Below, in pieces: positions 33,080 to 35,566 of a DNA stretch of 35,566 nucleotides. This stretch comes from Chiloscyllium plagiosum. Lineage: Eukaryota. Positions within the stretch are counted from its first letter, which is position 1. Each line of letters begins with the position of its first letter. The notes below the pieces were generated by a model. That model worked only from the letters and a program-made list of their open reading frames with translations. It had not been told where the DNA came from and made no database searches. Location of the stretch: NCBI RefSeq assembly GCF_004010195.1, contig NC_057720.1, positions 4,593,391-4,628,956 of the forward strand, written 5' to 3'. The position numbers and the translations under genes are program-made.

Positions 33080-35202
33080 AATATGATTGCATAGGACGGG
33101 AATAAATCGTCTAAGAGCTGCTCCTTGTCTGAGGTATTTTAGGTGTTTGAGGTGAGTTGCTTAAATTCCAGGAGCAGCAATTACTCTTTTATATGCAAAG
33201 TTAAAAATCATACGACACCTGATGAAGGAGCAGTGCTCCGAAAGCTAGCGCTTCCAATTAAACGTGTTGGACTATAACCTGGAGTTGTGTGATTTTTAAC
33301 TTTGGACACCCCAGTTCAAGACCTGCGTCTGCAAATCATGTTTTATATGCTGTTTTGGAACTTTGGGAGCAAAAACATCAAAACAAGGAGGAAGACTGAT
33401 GAGGCAATGACCACATGGTCAGAGAAAGAAACCTCTGCTGCTGTCTGACACAGCAGTGAACCTGCACAGTTGCTGCCTTTACCATTTGAGTTCAAGTATC
33501 TCCAGACATAAGAGCTGTTTAGGAAAAAATAACAGTGAAATTCACAGCTGAACTCGGAGCAGCCTGTGTGGGAGAGCTCACAGCACAGGAACACATTAGT
33601 GCATGGTTTGTAAATGTTGCCTTGCTGCAAATCTACAATAGTGAGTAGAGTGGGGTTTTTTCTTGATTATATATTTTATGGAGATCTGTCTCTTGATTAA
33701 ATTTTAAAAACATAAGCCATAAGTATTAAGTTAGCCTGGAGCAGTGTTTTTTTAGAGCAGTAACACAGTGCTGTTTTCTGGATCTGTAGATTGTGAAGGA
33801 GCAAAGATGGCCTTTAGTAGAGTGATGTGTTCTTCCTGTCGGATGTGGGAGTTTAGGGAGAGTTTCCATGTTACTGATGATTATGTCTGCAGGAAGTGTC
33901 TTTGTTTGCGAATCATATCATATTGCATGGATTGGTTGGAGCGGCAGTTAGAGGCAACAAAGAATTTACAAGAGCTAGGGGTGTGATGGATGGCAGTTAT
34001 AGGAAGGGGAGAAAAGCTGGAGATACAGTCAGGTAAATGGGTTAACTCCAGGAAAAGTTGGGGGGGGGGGGGTAGGCAGATAGTGCTACTCCCCCTCTTG
34101 CCCCCCTTTCTATCTTTTCTGTAGCATTTGTATCCTGGGACATTAAGCTGCCAGTCTGTGTAATTGCTATGATATCCCAGTCCCATGTTCCTAAACATGC
34201 CCTGCACTCATCTGCCTTCCCTGTTAGGCCTCTTGCATTGAAGTGAATGCAGTTTGATTTATCAGTCCTACCTTGATCTCTGCTTTGTTCCTGCCTCCCC
34301 TGACTGTTTGACTCAGTCCTTTTCCCAACTGTACCAGTCTCAGATTGATCTCTTTCCTCACTATTTCCCTGTGTCCCAACCCCCACCATACTAGTTTAAA
34401 TCATCCCGAGCAGCTCTAGCAAATCTGCCCGCTAGTATACTAGTCCCCTTCCAATTCAGGTGCAATCTGTCCTTCTTGTACAGGTTACTTCTACTCCAGA
34501 AGAGATTCCAATGATCCAAACATGTGAACCATTCTCCCCTGCACCAGCTCCTCAGCCATACATTCATCTGCTCTATCCTCATATTCCTACCCTCACTAAC
34601 TCATAGCACCTTGGAATATGTCAAGTGTGTATAAGACAATTTTCTGATTCAGTATGTGGATGTGCCTACTAGAGAAGGTGCAAAACTTGACCTATTCTTG
34701 GGAAATAAGGCAGGGCAGGTGACTAAGGTGTCAGTGGGGAGCACTTTGGGGCCAGCGACCACAATTCTATTAGTTTTAAAATAGTGATGGAAAAGGTTAG
34801 ACCAGATCTAAAAAGAAGTTCTAAATTGAAGGAAGGCCAATTTTGATGGTATTCGGCAAGAACTTTCAGAAGTTGACTGGGGGCAGATATTCACAGGTAA
34901 AGGGACAGCTTGAAAATGGGAAGCCTTCAAAAATAAGATATCAAGAGTCCAGAGACAGTATATTCCTGTTAGGATGAAATGCAAGACTGGTAGGTGTAGG
35001 GATTGCTGGATAGCTAGAGAAATTGAGGTTTTGGTTATAAAAAAGGAAGCACATGTCAGTTACAGTCAGCAGAGATCGAGTGAATCCTTAAAAGAGTATA
35101 AAGGCAGTAGGAGTATACTTATGAAGAAAATCAAGACAGCAAAAAGGGACATGAGATAGCCTTGGCAAATAGGGTTAAGGAGAATCCAAATGGATTTTAT
35201 AA
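33080..35202 (+). mobile_element. CR1 5' region (5'UTR, ORF1, start of ORF2) with an internal inversion at ~34086-34610
   Basis: ORF1 zinc-finger-like CSSCRMW...CRKC (33808, +). Esterase C-terminus DRLHLN and ORF2 start FNARGL are on the minus strand. APE GASDHN resumes on the plus strand at 34611. The left boundary is approximate. Confidence 0.8.
33197..33340 (+). mobile_element. Penelope-like pLTR mini-insertion with a short inverted head and a hammerhead (33216-33250)
   Basis: 10-bp TSD ttttatatgc (33187-33196 and 33341-33350); CUGAUGA-a-GGAGC-agu-GCUCC-GAAA-GCUA. Confidence 0.8.
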
Positions 35203-35566
35203 ATGTTGTGGTTCTGTTCGCCGAGCTGGGAATTTGTGTTGCAGACATTTCGTCCCCTGTCTAGGTGACATCCTCAGTGCTTGGGAGCCTCCTGTGAAGC
35301 GCTTCTGTGATCTTTCCTCCGGCATTTGTAGTGGTTTGAATCTGCCGCTTCCAGTTGTCAGTTCCAGCTGTCCGTTGCAGTGGCCGGTATATTGGGTCCA
35401 GGTCAATGTGCTTATTGATTGAATCTGTGGATGAGTGCCATGCCTCTAGGAATTCCCTGGCTGTTCTCTGTTTGGCTTGTCCTATAATAGTAGTGTTGTC
35501 CCAGTCGAACTCATGTTGCTTGTCATCTGAGTGTGTGGCTACTAAGGATAGCTGGTCATGTCGTTT
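35203..35566 (-). mobile_element. Penelope-like element 3' end (same family as 13783-14166), hammerhead at 35241-35280
   Basis: Diverged reverse complement of ~13805-14168. Confidence 0.88.

Overview
Eukaryotic non-coding DNA, most likely from a shark or other cartilaginous fish. This is inferred from many HE1-type V-SINEs and shark-type CR1 LINEs; no database was consulted. Most of the window is nested, decayed transposons: several CR1 subfamilies, a second L2/CR1-group LINE with a tail-sharing tRNA-SINE, a Rex1-like LINE, an L1/Tx1-like element, Penelope-like (GIY-YIG) elements with minimal hammerhead ribozymes, two solo LTRs with 5-bp TSDs, and two Tigger-type MITEs. There are also minisatellites and two assembly gaps. 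No host protein-coding gene could be identified, only weak exon candidates. The most unusual structure is at 3741-5832: a rearranged Tx1-like insertion containing a near-perfect 681-bp inverted repeat, about 645 bp of which is a copy of its own flanking DNA. Also notable are TSD-bounded mini-insertions from several Penelope-like families, most with a fold-back (inverted pLTR) layout and several with hammerhead cores.
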